A DNA stretch of 64,000 bases from sequence record OP870144.1; one strand, given 5' to 3'. The first letter of the stretch is position 1. Each line of letters opens with the position of its first letter. This document shows, piece after piece, positions 8,031 to 20,200 of the stretch. Below the pieces are notes generated by a model. The model did no database searches. It was not told the origin of the DNA and saw nothing but the letters and a program-made list of their open reading frames with translations. Source of the DNA: Escherichia phage vB_Eco_F25. The translations under genes and the position numbers were made by a program.

Positions 8031-8339
8031 CTATTTTATTCCGCGTGATGCAATTGTGTTCTGCCGTTTAACACCAGTTTGTTTAAAGTCATGATTGTCG
8101 ATTTGATCAGTACGAGCAACTCCGAATGATGATTTGATCTTAGCTTTAGATCCTTTAGTTATAGAAATAAACATCTCGGAAGCCCCTTTCTTAAAGTCCG
8201 AGGCGATTACTTCAACGCCGTTCTTAGCAAGTGACTTCAGAATTGCCTCTGCATACTCATCGTCAAGACTCGTCTGAGTATTAATAACGAATGTCTTTGG
8301 CGCAGCCGCTTCATTGATAAATTCTTTAAATGTTTTCAT
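8031..8339 (-). CDS. Internal-protein-like small protein with capsid-targeting N-terminus
   Basis: 102 aa; MKTFKEFINE|AAAP; at the position T4 uses for ipI (between tRNAs and 57B). Confidence 0.65.
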   Translation of the reverse strand: MKTFKEFINEAAAPKTFVINTQTSLDDEYAEAILKSLAKNGVEVIASDFKKGASEMFISITKGSKAKIKSSFGVARTDQIDNHDFKQTGVKRQNTIASRGIK

Positions 8340-8369
8340 TTTATTTTCCTAATTAATTTTGATGAGATA

Positions 8370-8399
8370 ATAGTACCACAACCCTATTTAAAAGTAAAC
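8370..8399 (-). promoter_or_regulatory. T4-type early promoter (GTTTAC-N17-GTACTAT)
   Basis: Minus-strand GTTTAC + 17 nt + GTACTAT upstream of 8031..8339. Confidence 0.4.
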
Positions 8400-8672
8400 T
8401 CATTTTAAATAAATTGCGTATTTTTTATAACCCGCTGACTCATGACGAAGACCCTTATCATTAGCAAAACGCTCAATGTTATTAATTTGATTCTGGTCAA
8501 GTTCAGAGATGTCAAACACGAAAAAGTTACGTTTGTTACCAACTGTTACATAGTCAGTTAAATCAATATCATATAGGTAATTGATGTCAGCAATCAAAGT
8601 CTTGACAGCTTTGCTAATTTTTACTTTTTCGTTAAAAGCAGCTTCATTGATAAATTCTTTAAATGTTTTCAT
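8400..8672 (-). CDS. Internal-protein-like small protein with capsid-targeting N-terminus
   Basis: Track ORF starts at TTG; ATG gives MKTFKEFINE|AAF; GGAG SD. Confidence 0.65.
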   Translation of the reverse strand: MKTFKEFINEAAFNEKVKISKAVKTLIADINYLYDIDLTDYVTVGNKRNFFVFDISELDQNQINNIERFANDKGLRHESAGYKKYAIYLK

Positions 8673-8717
8673 TTTATTCTCCAATCACTCATTTGTTTTG
8701 ATAGGGTAATAGTATCA
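8670..8717 (-). repeat. 48-bp promoter/5'-UTR cassette, copy B
   Basis: Exact copy of 7951..7998. Confidence 0.6.
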
Positions 8718-8739
8718 TAACTAAAACCCCGTGTAAATA
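8710..8739 (-). promoter_or_regulatory. T4-type early promoter (ATTTAC-N17-ATACTAT)
   Basis: Minus-strand ATTTAC + 17 nt + ATACTAT upstream of 8400..8672. Confidence 0.35.
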
Positions 8740-8750
8740 ACTTTGTGAAA

Positions 8751-9447
<697 letters not shown>

Positions 9448-9448
<1 letters not shown>

Positions 9449-10173
9449 TATAGTACCTTTAGTGTATTTTTAATTTTAGAAAAAAGTTCTTCAAGAGAAC
9501 CATCGTTTGTAATTACTAAATCACCATCACGAATTGGCAATCCAGCTTCTGTAATATGAGTATCATTGGATTTTTGACCAGGACGAACTACATGAATTAC
9601 TGTAGCACCCATCGCCCTAGCCGCATCCATTTCATGATCTTGACGAGTATCAGGAACGATATAATAATCATAACCTGAGTTAAATTTATCAAGATAATCT
9701 AAAGCAAATAATTTTACCCAATACATGCGGTCGAAGTTATTAACAATCAAATCCGTACCTAGGGCTTGCATCAGACGACGGACTGACCATTGATCTTCAA
9801 TATTATTTATAACGTCAATAATCTTGTTAAATGCTACGGAATTAACTGATTCTTGTCCTTCGTCATCAAAAACAAACACGCCTTTAATTGGGCTTTTACT
9901 ATTAAGATAGCAAAATGCTTGTTCCATAATCGTGATTACTTCTGATTTAGTCAGATTTAAATTAGTCTCACGATCATAGTCAATTCCTTCAAACTCTTTG
10001 CGAGTTAAGCAAGGATAGTCAGTGTTTTCTGCAAATACACCCCATGCATAAGCCAATGCATCTTTAATAGGACCAGCAAGTTGATATTTAACTGCAGAAT
10101 AATTATTCATGATAAAATCTGCAGTAGTATCTTTTCCACTGCGCTTTACACCACTTAAAAAGATTAGTTTCAT
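9448..10173 (-). CDS. 1: Deoxynucleoside monophosphate kinase gp1
   Basis: 241 aa; P-loop GVKRSGKDT; T4 gp1 length and order. Confidence 0.95.
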
Positions 10174-10222
10174 ATGTTTCTCCTCAAATTTAGTTAAGAT
10201 TATAACACATGAAACTGAAGCA

Positions 10223-10753
10223 TTAAACTTCTGCTATAATTTTGCCATCTTTTTCTACTTGAAAATACGTATAAGGAATCGTTGCTGTACATACTAAAGC
10301 TGGGTCTGAATCTTCAGTGTAGCTAAATTCTACTTCAGACAGGTCAGAAACCCAAGGCTTATAAAAATTTATTGACATCACGATTTCAGTTTTACTATTA
10401 TCTAAAATGTAAAGCGTAATGTATTCAGGACCTGTTTTTTGGGCAGTATTTTCGCCTGTGAGATAGTTGCTAGTTCCTAGCATCCATTCATACATTCCTA
10501 TCCACGACTTAAGCTCTTCATCAACTATAAATCTCACGATGAGTGGATCGTACTCAAATGTAACACCTGGACGTTGTGCTCGTCCTAGTCCAAACGGCCC
10601 AGTCACGGTATCAGTAACAGGTATCCTAATTCCTGGAATAGGAACTGACTGAGCATTTAAAGTAAAAGCAGATGTAGTATTACTATGCGGTATTGATACT
10701 ACAAAGTTAGTTGTATTTGCTTGGTTAAAAATTTGTTGTAGTGCTTGCGACAT
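10223..10753 (-). CDS. 3: Tail completion / sheath stabiliser gp3
   Basis: Track ORF 203 aa; ATG at 10753 (MSQALQQ...) gives 176 aa as in T4 gp3. Confidence 0.8.
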   Translation of the reverse strand: MSQALQQIFNQANTTNFVVSIPHSNTTSAFTLNAQSVPIPGIRIPVTDTVTGPFGLGRAQRPGVTFEYDPLIVRFIVDEELKSWIGMYEWMLGTSNYLTGENTAQKTGPEYITLYILDNSKTEIVMSINFYKPWVSDLSEVEFSYTEDSDPALVCTATIPYTYFQVEKDGKIIAEV

Positions 10754-10859
10754 ATATTCCTCATAATGCTTTATAAATGTTGGTGGTATAATGGGTCTAA
10801 GTCCCTTCCATTCAATTCCAATTAGAACAAACAATAGAAAAGAATGGAAGATAATAGAA

Positions 10860-11684
10860 TTAGATATTTGACCAGACTTTGTTTGCAGAGAAACGTTTTC
10901 CTTTTGAAACGAACTGCTGAAGTGGCATTAACACAACGTTCGCCCAGTCTTTCGGGGCGATTTCAACTAGGCTACCCATAATATTACCAGGTATATATGC
11001 CTTAATCATTTGGTCTGCACCCCTAAATCCTTTCACTTGACTCCAATCAATTTTTAATTTCGTTTTATTAGTAATAGTAGGTGTATTTGAATATTGCTTT
11101 AAAAGCTCTTCTAGAAACTGTTGACGAGCTTTAGGTGGAATATAGTGCAAGTTCAATCCGTACATTAAATTATGTTTACCTAAACCGAGGTAAATTATCA
11201 AAGGAAATTTATCCCAATAAGGAAGAGTTTCTTTGTGTTTAGCATCGTAAGCAAAAGCATATATTCGTCCCGGCTGAGGGCGAACAACTTTATGTCCTTT
11301 TACCTGCTTAATAGTTTCAGCAAACCACTTTCTGGTTTTATTATTAATTGCTGCACCTTCATTACGAATTTTATCACGCAATGTTTGCCTGAATGAATTT
11401 ATCATAAGCAGTTGTCTTTCTTGCTTATTGAGTTTATTCATTGGTTTTGATTCAAGCTTTTGAATCTTTTCAGCCGTTTTAATTCCTGAAGCATATTTTG
11501 ACATTGCTGAAGTAAACGTAGAGTATTTGATTCCTCTTTCTTCAGCAAATTGCTTTCCTGTCATTCCTTTTGCTTTGGCCTTTTTGTATTCAAGACCTAT
11601 CTGAATCCATTTCTTTTCGTTTAATGATTGCTTAACCTTTGGAACTTGGGGAGTGCTTTCATTAATTATTTGAAAAATAGCCAT
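10860..11684 (-). CDS. 2: DNA end protector gp2
   Basis: 274 aa, T4 gp2 length and position between genes 3 and 4. Confidence 0.85.
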   Translation of the reverse strand: MAIFQIINESTPQVPKVKQSLNEKKWIQIGLEYKKAKAKGMTGKQFAEERGIKYSTFTSAMSKYASGIKTAEKIQKLESKPMNKLNKQERQLLMINSFRQTLRDKIRNEGAAINNKTRKWFAETIKQVKGHKVVRPQPGRIYAFAYDAKHKETLPYWDKFPLIIYLGLGKHNLMYGLNLHYIPPKARQQFLEELLKQYSNTPTITNKTKLKIDWSQVKGFRGADQMIKAYIPGNIMGSLVEIAPKDWANVVLMPLQQFVSKGKRFSANKVWSNI

Positions 11685-12136
11685 TATGCCCCCTTAAAGC
11701 CAAGAGCTCGTAATCCATCTTCTGTTAAAATTCTAAATTTTATTCCACGCTTTTCAGCTAAAGCTTGAGCTGCTTTCCATTTGTCAGTATTAACTGAATA
11801 TGTATAAATTTCATTCATAAATCTTTTCTTCGCTGCGGTTGTTAGATGTGCTGGTTTAACTGGTGGTTGTGTTTCTTTTTTAGGCTTTATTTCAATAAAA
11901 AATTCTTGTCCAGAAGAATCTTTCATCCAAATATCCATGAAGTATCTACGTTTTTTCCCTTCTGCATTACAAAAATAAGGAATTACTGCTGTTTCACTAC
12001 CCCATGCAATAATTTCTGGATTTTTATCTAACCATTCAAAAAAGAATTTTTCCCAATTTGATCTATACGTAATTTTTTTAGGGTCACCTCTATATTTTGA
12101 TATATTTTTAGGAACCCATTTTCCAGAATATGCCAT
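11684..12136 (-). CDS. 4: Head completion protein gp4
   Basis: 150 aa, T4 gp4 length and position; late promoter upstream. Confidence 0.85.
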   Translation of the reverse strand: MAYSGKWVPKNISKYRGDPKKITYRSNWEKFFFEWLDKNPEIIAWGSETAVIPYFCNAEGKKRRYFMDIWMKDSSGQEFFIEIKPKKETQPPVKPAHLTTAAKKRFMNEIYTYSVNTDKWKAAQALAEKRGIKFRILTEDGLRALGFKGA

Positions 12137-12147
12137 TGGATTCTCCT

Positions 12148-12170
12148 TATAAATAGATAATATATTTATA
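12148..12170. promoter_or_regulatory. Divergent late promoters for genes 53 (+) and 4 (-)
   Basis: TATAAATA on + strand at 12148-12155 and on - strand (tatttata) at 12163-12170. Confidence 0.55.
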
Positions 12171-12183
12171 AACAGGAGGGCCC

Positions 12184-12774
12184 ATGCTCTTTACATTTTT
12201 TGATCCGATTGAATATGCGGCCAAAACGGTGAATAAAAACGCGCCGACTATTCCTATGACAGATATTTTTAGAAACTATAAAGACTATTTCAAACGCGCT
12301 CTTGCGGGATATCGCTTACGTACTTATTATATTAAAGGTTCACCACGCCCGGAAGAATTAGCAAATGCTATATATGGAAATCCGCAGTTGTATTGGGTTT
12401 TATTGATGTGTAATGATAATTATGATCCGTATTATGGATGGATTACTTCGCAAGAAGCTGCTTATCAAGCATCTATACAAAAATACAAAAATGTAGGTGG
12501 AGACCAAATAGTATATCACGTGAATGAGAATGGTGAAAAATTTTATAATTTAATATCATACGATGATAATCCGTATGTTTGGTATGACAAAGGTGATAAA
12601 GCTAGAAAATATCCTCAATATGAAGGAGCTCTTGCTGCGGTCGATACGTATGAAGCTGCTGTTCTTGAAAATGAAAAACTTCGTCAAATAAAAATAATAG
12701 CAAAATCAGACATCAATTCATTTATGAACGACCTTATACGTATAATGGAGAAATCTTATGGAAATGATAAGTAA
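12184..12774 (+). CDS. 53: Baseplate wedge protein gp53
   Basis: 196 aa, T4 gp53 length and position before gene 5. Confidence 0.9.
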   Translation: MLFTFFDPIEYAAKTVNKNAPTIPMTDIFRNYKDYFKRALAGYRLRTYYIKGSPRPEELANAIYGNPQLYWVLLMCNDNYDPYYGWITSQEAAYQASIQKYKNVGGDQIVYHVNENGEKFYNLISYDDNPYVWYDKGDKARKYPQYEGALAAVDTYEAAVLENEKLRQIKIIAKSDINSFMNDLIRIMEKSYGNDK

Positions 12775-14485
12775 TAACCTCAATTGGTTTGTTGGTGTTG
12801 TTGAAGATAGAATGGACCCATTAAAATTAGGTCGTGTTCGTGTTCGCGTGGTTGGTCTGCATCCACCCCAAAGAGCGCAAGGCGACGTAATGGGTATTCC
12901 AACCGATAAATTACCATGGATGTCAGTTATTCAACCGATAACTTCTGCAGCAATGTCTGGAATTGGAGGTTCCGTTACTGGTCCGGTAGAAGGAACTAGA
13001 GTTTATGGTCATTTTTTAGACAAATGGAAAACTAACGGAATTGTCCTTGGCACTTATGGCGGAATAGTTCGCGAAAAGCCTAATAGACTTGAAGGATTTT
13101 CTGACCCGACTGGACAGTATCCTAGACGTCTAGGAAATGATACTAACGTATTAAACCAAGGCGGAGAAGTAGGATATGATTCGTCTTCTAATATTATTCA
13201 AGATAGTAATCTAGACACTGCGATAAATCCTGATGATAGACCGCTATCAGAGATTCCAACTGATGATAATCCAAATATGTCAATGGCTGAAATGCTTCGC
13301 CGTGATGAAGGATTAAGACTAAAAGTTTATTGGGATACCGAAGGATATCCGACAATTGGTATTGGTCATCTTATCATGAAGCAACCAGTTCGTGATATGA
13401 CCCAAATTAATAAAGTTTTATCAAAACAAGTTGGTCGTGAAATTACCGGAAATCCAGGTTCTATTACAATGGAAGAAGCGGTAACTTTATTTGAACGCGA
13501 TTTGGCTGATATGCAACGTGACATTAAATCACATTCTAAAGTTGGCCCAGTTTGGCAAGCAGTTAATCGTTCTCGTCAAATGGCGTTAGAAAATATGGCA
13601 TTCCAAATGGGTGTTGGCGGTGTAGCTAAATTTAACACAATGTTAACTGCTATGTTAGCCGGAGATTGGGAAAAAGCATATAAAGCCGGTCGTGATTCAT
13701 TGTGGTATCAACAAACAAAAGGCCGTGCATCCCGTGTTACCATGATTATTCTTACAGGTAATTTGGAATCATACGGTATTGAAGTTAAAACACCAGCTAG
13801 GTCTTTGTCAGCAATGGCTGCTACCGTAGCAAAGTCTTCTGACCCGGCCGATCCTCCTATTCCGAATGATTCGAGAATTTTATTCAAAGAACCTGTTTCT
13901 TCATATAAAGGTGAATATCCGTATGTTCACACAATGGAAACTGAAAGCGGTCATATTCAGGAATTTGATGATACCCCTGGACAAGAACGATACAGATTAG
14001 TTCATCCGACTGGAACGTATGAGGAAGTATCACCATCAGGAAGAAGAACGAGAAAAACTGTTGATAATTTGTATGATATAACAAATGCTGATGGTAATTT
14101 TTTAGTAGCCGGCGATAAAAAGACTAACGTCGGTGGATCAGAAATTTATTACAACATGGATAATCGTCTTCACCAAATAGATGGAAGCAACACAATATTT
14201 GTGCGTGGCGATGAAACTAAGACAGTTGAAGGTAATGGAACTATCCTAGTTAAAGGTAATGTTACTATTGTAGTTGAAGGTAATGCTGACATTACAGTTA
14301 AAGGGGATGCTACCACTTTGGTTGAAGGAAATCAAACTAATACAGTAAATGGAAATCTTTCTTGGAAAGTTGCTGGGACAGTTGATTGGGACGTTGGTGG
14401 TGATTGGACAGAAAAAATGGCATCTATGAGTTCTATTTCATCTGGTCAATACACAATTGATGGATCGAGGATTGACATTGGCTAA
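12758..14485 (+). CDS. 5: Baseplate hub / cell-puncturing spike with lysozyme domain gp5
   Basis: 575 aa; internal lysozyme domain MAEMLRRDEGLRLKVYWDTEGYPTIGIGHLI; C-terminal VxGxxxxx beta-helix repeats. Confidence 0.95.
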   Translation: MEMISNNLNWFVGVVEDRMDPLKLGRVRVRVVGLHPPQRAQGDVMGIPTDKLPWMSVIQPITSAAMSGIGGSVTGPVEGTRVYGHFLDKWKTNGIVLGTYGGIVREKPNRLEGFSDPTGQYPRRLGNDTNVLNQGGEVGYDSSSNIIQDSNLDTAINPDDRPLSEIPTDDNPNMSMAEMLRRDEGLRLKVYWDTEGYPTIGIGHLIMKQPVRDMTQINKVLSKQVGREITGNPGSITMEEAVTLFERDLADMQRDIKSHSKVGPVWQAVNRSRQMALENMAFQMGVGGVAKFNTMLTAMLAGDWEKAYKAGRDSLWYQQTKGRASRVTMIILTGNLESYGIEVKTPARSLSAMAATVAKSSDPADPPIPNDSRILFKEPVSSYKGEYPYVHTMETESGHIQEFDDTPGQERYRLVHPTGTYEEVSPSGRRTRKTVDNLYDITNADGNFLVAGDKKTNVGGSEIYYNMDNRLHQIDGSNTIFVRGDETKTVEGNGTILVKGNVTIVVEGNADITVKGDATTLVEGNQTNTVNGNLSWKVAGTVDWDVGGDWTEKMASMSSISSGQYTIDGSRIDIG

Positions 14486-15014
14486 TATACTTCCAATGAG
14501 CGCTGATTTAGGAGAATCCATGGAAGGTTCTTCTATCGACGTCACCTTTACCGCTCAATTAGAAACAGGTGAAACGTTAGTATCTATAAATATAACTAGT
14601 TACGAAGAAACTCCTGGGGTTTTAGTAGAAGAAAATCGTTTATATGGAACGTATGAATCTGTGTTTGGATTTGGAAATGACGCATTGAAATATCGTTTAG
14701 ATAATGAATTTAAAACTGCCGCTTCATGGGAAGACCTTCCAACTGATTCTAATACTCAGTTATATCTATGGAAAGCTCCTCAAAACCTCCAGAAGACATT
14801 CACTTATGAAGTAACATTAATATATGACTACCAAGAACAAAGTGAATCTGGAGGTTCTGGCAGTAATTCTAGGTCATCTTCTGATACTACTGAACCAACC
14901 GATCCTCCTGCTCCAATAAGAAAAACTCTTGTTAAAAATTACACAAAAACTATAGTTGGAAATTGGAGTCGTTGGGCTAATAAATTGAGAAGCTACGTAT
15001 ATGAGAGGCAATAA
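14460..15014 (+). CDS. 5.1: gp5.1-position protein
   Basis: ORF between 5 and 5.4; track start is TTG, ATG 3 nt downstream. Confidence 0.65.
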
Positions 15015-15307
15015 TGTCAGGATTAAGTTATGATAAGTGTGTTACTGCTGGCCATGAAGCATGGCCTCCAACAGTTGTGAATGCTACACAAAGTAAAGTA
15101 TTCACTGGAGGAATTGCTGTTCTCGTAGCAGGTGATCCAATTACAGAACATACAGAAATTAAAAAGCCATATGAAACACATGGCGGAGTGACACAACCTA
15201 GAACTTCTAAGGTATATGTCACTGGAAAGAAAGCTGTTCAAATGGCTGATCCAATATCATGTGGTGATACTGTGGCTCAGGCATCATCTAAAGTATTCAT
15301 TAAATAG
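15014..15307 (+). CDS. 5.4: PAAR-repeat spike tip protein gp5.4
   Basis: 97 aa as T4 gp5.4; Gly/Val-rich PAAR-like composition; position after gene 5. Confidence 0.8.
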
Positions 15308-15315
15308 GATTCAAA

Positions 15316-17298
15316 ATGGCAAATACCCCTGTAAATTATCAATTAACAAGAACAGCAAATGCTATTCCCGAGATATTCGTCGGGGGTACATTTGCTGAAA
15401 TAAAACAAAACCTCATTGAATGGCTTAATGGTCAAAATGAATTTTTGGATTATGATTTTGAAGGCTCAAGATTAAACGTTCTGTGTGACCTTTTAGCTTA
15501 TAATACATTATACATTCAGCAGTTTGGTAATGCTGCCGTATATGAAAGCTTTATGCGTACTGCTAACTTACGTAGTTCAGTAGTTCAAGCGGCGCAAGAT
15601 AATGGATATTTACCTACTTCAAAATCAGCTGCTCAAACTGAAATTATGCTAACTTGTACAGACGCATTGAATAGAAATTACATTACTATTCCTCGTGGTA
15701 CTCGCTTTTTAGCATATGCAAAAGATACTTCTGTTAATCCTTATAACTTTGTCTCTACCGAAGATGTTATTGCTATTCGTGATAAAAATAACCAGTATTT
15801 TCCACGTTTAAAATTAGCCCAGGGACGTATAGTAAGAACTGAAATCATTTATGATAAATTAACACCTATTATCATTTATGACAAAAATATAGATAGAAAC
15901 CAAGTTAAACTATACGTTGATGGAGCAGAATGGATTAACTGGACAAGAAAGTCAATGGTTCATGCTGGTTCTACATCAACAATTTACTACATGCGTGAAA
16001 CTATTGATGGAAATACTGAATTTTATTTTGGTGAAGGTGAGATTTCTGTTAACGCGGCAGAAGGAGCATTGACCGCTAATTATATTGGAGGTCTTAAACC
16101 TACCCAGAACTCTACGATTGTTATTGAGTACATCAGTACTAACGGTGCAGATGCGAATGGTGCAGTCGGATTTTCATACGCAGATACATTAACAAATATA
16201 ACTGTCATCAATATTAACGAAAATCCAAATGATGACCCAGATTTTGTTGGGGCAGATGGCGGCGGCGATCCAGAAGATATTGAGCGTATTCGCGAATTGG
16301 GTACTATTAAACGCGAAACCCAGCAACGCTGCGTAACTGCAACCGACTATGATACATTCGTCTCAGAAAGATTCGGTTCTATTATTCAAGCGGTTCAGAC
16401 TTTCACTGATTCTACTAAACCTGGTTATGCATTTATTGCTGCTAAACCTAAATCAGGACTATATTTAACTACTGTACAACGTGAAGATATTAAAAATTAT
16501 CTAAAAGATTATAATTTAGCTCCTATTACACCATCAATTATTTCTCCTAATTATCTTTTTGTTAAGACTAATTTAAAAGTCACATATGCTTTAAATAAGC
16601 TGCAAGAATCAGAACAGTGGCTAGAAGGTCAAATAATTGATAAAATTGATCGTTATTATACCGAAGACGTAGAAATTTTTAATTCATCTTTCGCTAAATC
16701 TAAGATGTTGACATATGTAGATGATGCAGATCATTCTATTATTGGCTCATCGGCGACAATTCAGATGGTACGTGAAGTACAAAACTTCTATAAAACGCCT
16801 GAAGCGGGTATTAAATACAATAATCAAATAAAAGATCGTTCTATGGAATCTAATACGTTTTCATTTAATTCCGGACGAAAGGTTGTAAATCCTGATACTG
16901 GCTTAGAAGAAGATGTATTATATGACGTTCGTATAGTATCAACAGACCGAGATTCTAAAGGAATTGGTAAAGTTATTATTGGTCCATTTGCTTCGGGTGA
17001 TGTTACAGAAAATGAAAACATTCAGCCATATACAGGCAATGATTTTAATAAATTAGCAAGTTCCGATGGACGTGACAAATACTATGTTATCGGTGAAATA
17101 AATTATCCAGCTGACATGATTTATTGGAATATCGCTAAAATTAATTTAACATCTGATAAATTTGAGGTTCAGACTATTGAGCTATATTCTGATCCAATAG
17201 ACGATGTTATTTTCACGCGCGATGGTTCACTGATTGTATTTGAAAATGATTTACGTCCACAATACTTAACTATCGATTTGGAGCCTATATCACAATGA
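15316..17298 (+). CDS. 6: Baseplate wedge protein gp6
   Basis: 660 aa, T4 gp6 length and order. Confidence 0.9.
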   Translation: MANTPVNYQLTRTANAIPEIFVGGTFAEIKQNLIEWLNGQNEFLDYDFEGSRLNVLCDLLAYNTLYIQQFGNAAVYESFMRTANLRSSVVQAAQDNGYLPTSKSAAQTEIMLTCTDALNRNYITIPRGTRFLAYAKDTSVNPYNFVSTEDVIAIRDKNNQYFPRLKLAQGRIVRTEIIYDKLTPIIIYDKNIDRNQVKLYVDGAEWINWTRKSMVHAGSTSTIYYMRETIDGNTEFYFGEGEISVNAAEGALTANYIGGLKPTQNSTIVIEYISTNGADANGAVGFSYADTLTNITVININENPNDDPDFVGADGGGDPEDIERIRELGTIKRETQQRCVTATDYDTFVSERFGSIIQAVQTFTDSTKPGYAFIAAKPKSGLYLTTVQREDIKNYLKDYNLAPITPSIISPNYLFVKTNLKVTYALNKLQESEQWLEGQIIDKIDRYYTEDVEIFNSSFAKSKMLTYVDDADHSIIGSSATIQMVREVQNFYKTPEAGIKYNNQIKDRSMESNTFSFNSGRKVVNPDTGLEEDVLYDVRIVSTDRDSKGIGKVIIGPFASGDVTENENIQPYTGNDFNKLASSDGRDKYYVIGEINYPADMIYWNIAKINLTSDKFEVQTIELYSDPIDDVIFTRDGSLIVFENDLRPQYLTIDLEPISQ

Positions 17299-20200
17299 CA
17301 GTAAAAGCACCTTCAGTCACTAGTCTCAGAATTTCCAAGTTATCCGCAAATCAGGTGCAAGTACGCTGGGATGACGTTGGTGCTAATTTCTACTATTTTG
17401 TAGAAATCGCTGAGACAAAAACAGACTCGGGGGAAAATCTCCCGAGTAATCAATACAGATGGATTAACTTAGGATATACTGCAAATAACAGCTTCTTTTT
17501 TGATGATGCTGACCCGTTGACATCATACATTATCAGAGTAGCTACTGCTGCGCAAGATTTTGAGCAGTCTGATTGGATTTATACCGAAGAGTTTGAAACT
17601 TTTGCTACAAATGCTTATACATTTCAAAACATGATTGAAATGCAATTAGCCAATAAATTCATTCAGGAAAAATTTACTCTTAATAATTCTGATTATGTTA
17701 ATTTTAACAATGACACTATAATGGCTGCGTTGATGAATGAATCATTTCAGTTCAGCCCATCATATGTTGACGTTTCATCAATAAGCAATTTTATTATTGG
17801 TGAAAATGAGTATCATGAAATACAAGGTTCTATTCAGCAAGTATGTAAGGATATTAACCGAGTTTATTTGATGGAATCAGAAGGGATTTTATACCTTTTT
17901 GAGCGTTATCAACCTGTAGTTAAAGTATCCAATGATAAAGGACAAACTTGGAAAGCTGTAAAGCTCTTCAATGACCGTGTAGGATATCCTTTATCTAAGA
18001 CAGTATATTACCAATCTGCGAACACAACATACGTTCTAGGATACGACAAGATTTTCTACGGCCGCAAATCTACTGATGTTAGATGGTCAGCTGATGATGT
18101 CAGATTTAGTTCGCAGGATATAACATTCGCTAAACTTGGCGACCAATTACATCTAGGATTTGATGTAGAAATTTTTGCCACTTACGCGACTTTGCCAGCT
18201 AATGTATACCGCATTGCAGAAGCTATTACTTGCACTGATGATTACATTTACGTTGTCGCCAGAGACAAAGTTAGATACATAAAAACGAGTAATGCACCTA
18301 TAGATTCTGACCCATTATCTCCAACATATTCGGAAAGACTTTTTGAACCTGATACTATGACTATAACTGGAAATCCTAAAGCAGTATGTTATAAAATGGA
18401 TTCTATTGGTGATAAAGTTTTTGCTCTTATTATTGGAGAAGTTGAAACATTAAATGCTAATCCTAGAACATCAAAAATAATTGATTCTGCTGATAAAGGA
18501 ATATATGTTTTAAATCATGACACGAAAACATGGAAAAGAGTTTTTGGCAACACTGAAGAAGAAAGAAGACGTATTCAACCGGGATATGCGAATATGTCAA
18601 CTGATGGTAAATTAGTTTCTCTATCTTCGAGTAATTTTAAATTTTTAAGTGATAATATTGTTAATGACCCTGAAACTGTGGTGAAGTATCAGTTAATCGG
18701 TGCTGTTAAATATGAATTTCCTCGTGAATGGCTAGCTGATAAGCATTATCATATGATGGCATTTATAGCAGATGAAAAATCTGATTGGGAAACTTTTACA
18801 CCTCAGCCGATGAAATACTATGCAGAACCATTCTTTAACTGGTCTAAAAAATCTAACACACGCTGTTGGATAAACAACTCTGATAGAGCTGTAGTAGTTT
18901 ATGCTGATTTAAAATACACCAAAGTTATAGAAAATATTCCGGAAACATCACCAGATAGATTAGTTCATGAATACTGGGATGATGGTGATTGTACGATAGT
19001 AATGCCAAATGTTAAATTCACGGGATTTAAAAAATACGCATCTGGGATGCTTTTTTATAAGTCTTCTGGTGAAATAATTTCTTACTATGATTTTAACTAT
19101 CGAGTGAGAGACACGGTTGAAATAATTTGGAAGCCAACTGGAATATTTTTAAAAGCATTTTTACAAAACCAAGAGCGTGAAACTCCTTGGTCCCCGGAAG
19201 AAGAGCATGGATTAGCTGATCCTGATTTAAGACCATTGATTGGCACAATGATGCCTGATTCTTATTTGCTACAGGATTCTAATTTTGAGGCATTCTGCGA
19301 AGCATATATTCAGTATCTTTCTGATGGATATGGAACTCAGTATAATAATTTACGAAATTTAATTCGTAACCAATATCCGCGAGAAGAGCACGCGTGGGAA
19401 TATTTGTGGTCAGAGATATATAAAAGAAACATTTATTTAAATGCTGATAAACGTGATGCTGTTGCAAGATTTTTTGAATCACGTAGCTATGATTTTTATT
19501 CTACTAAAGGAATTGAAGCATCATACAAGTTTCTTTTTAAAGTTCTTTATAATGAAGAAGTTGAAATTGAAATTGAATCTGGAGCTGGTACTGAATATGA
19601 TATAATCGTTCAATCTGATTCTTTGACCGAAGACTTAGTAGGACAAACGATTTATACAGCTACAGGAAGATGTAATGTTACTTATATAGAAAGAAGCTAT
19701 TCTAATGGTAAATTGCAATGGACCGTAACTATTCATAATCTTTTAGGAAGATTAATTGCCGGTCAAGAAGTTAAAGCAGAAAGACTCCCTAGTTTCGAAG
19801 GCGAAATTATTCGCGGGGTTAAAGGAAAGGATTTGCTTCAAAATAATATAGACTATATTAATAGAAGTAGATCATATTATGTAATGAAAATTAAATCCAA
19901 TTTACCTTCTTCCCGCTGGAAATCTGACGTTATTCGTTTTGTTCATCCAGTAGGATTTGGATTTATAGCAATTACTCTTTTAACAATGTTTATTAATGTT
20001 GGTTTAACTCTTAAACATACAGAGACTATAATTAATAAATACAAAAACTATAAATGGGATTCTGGATTGCCTACTGAATACGCTGATAGAGTAGCTAAAT
20101 TGACTCCAACCGGTGAAATTGAGCATGATTCAGTAACAGGCGAAGCAATTTATGAACCTGGCCCAATGGCTGGCGTAGAATATCCTCTTCCTGATGACTA

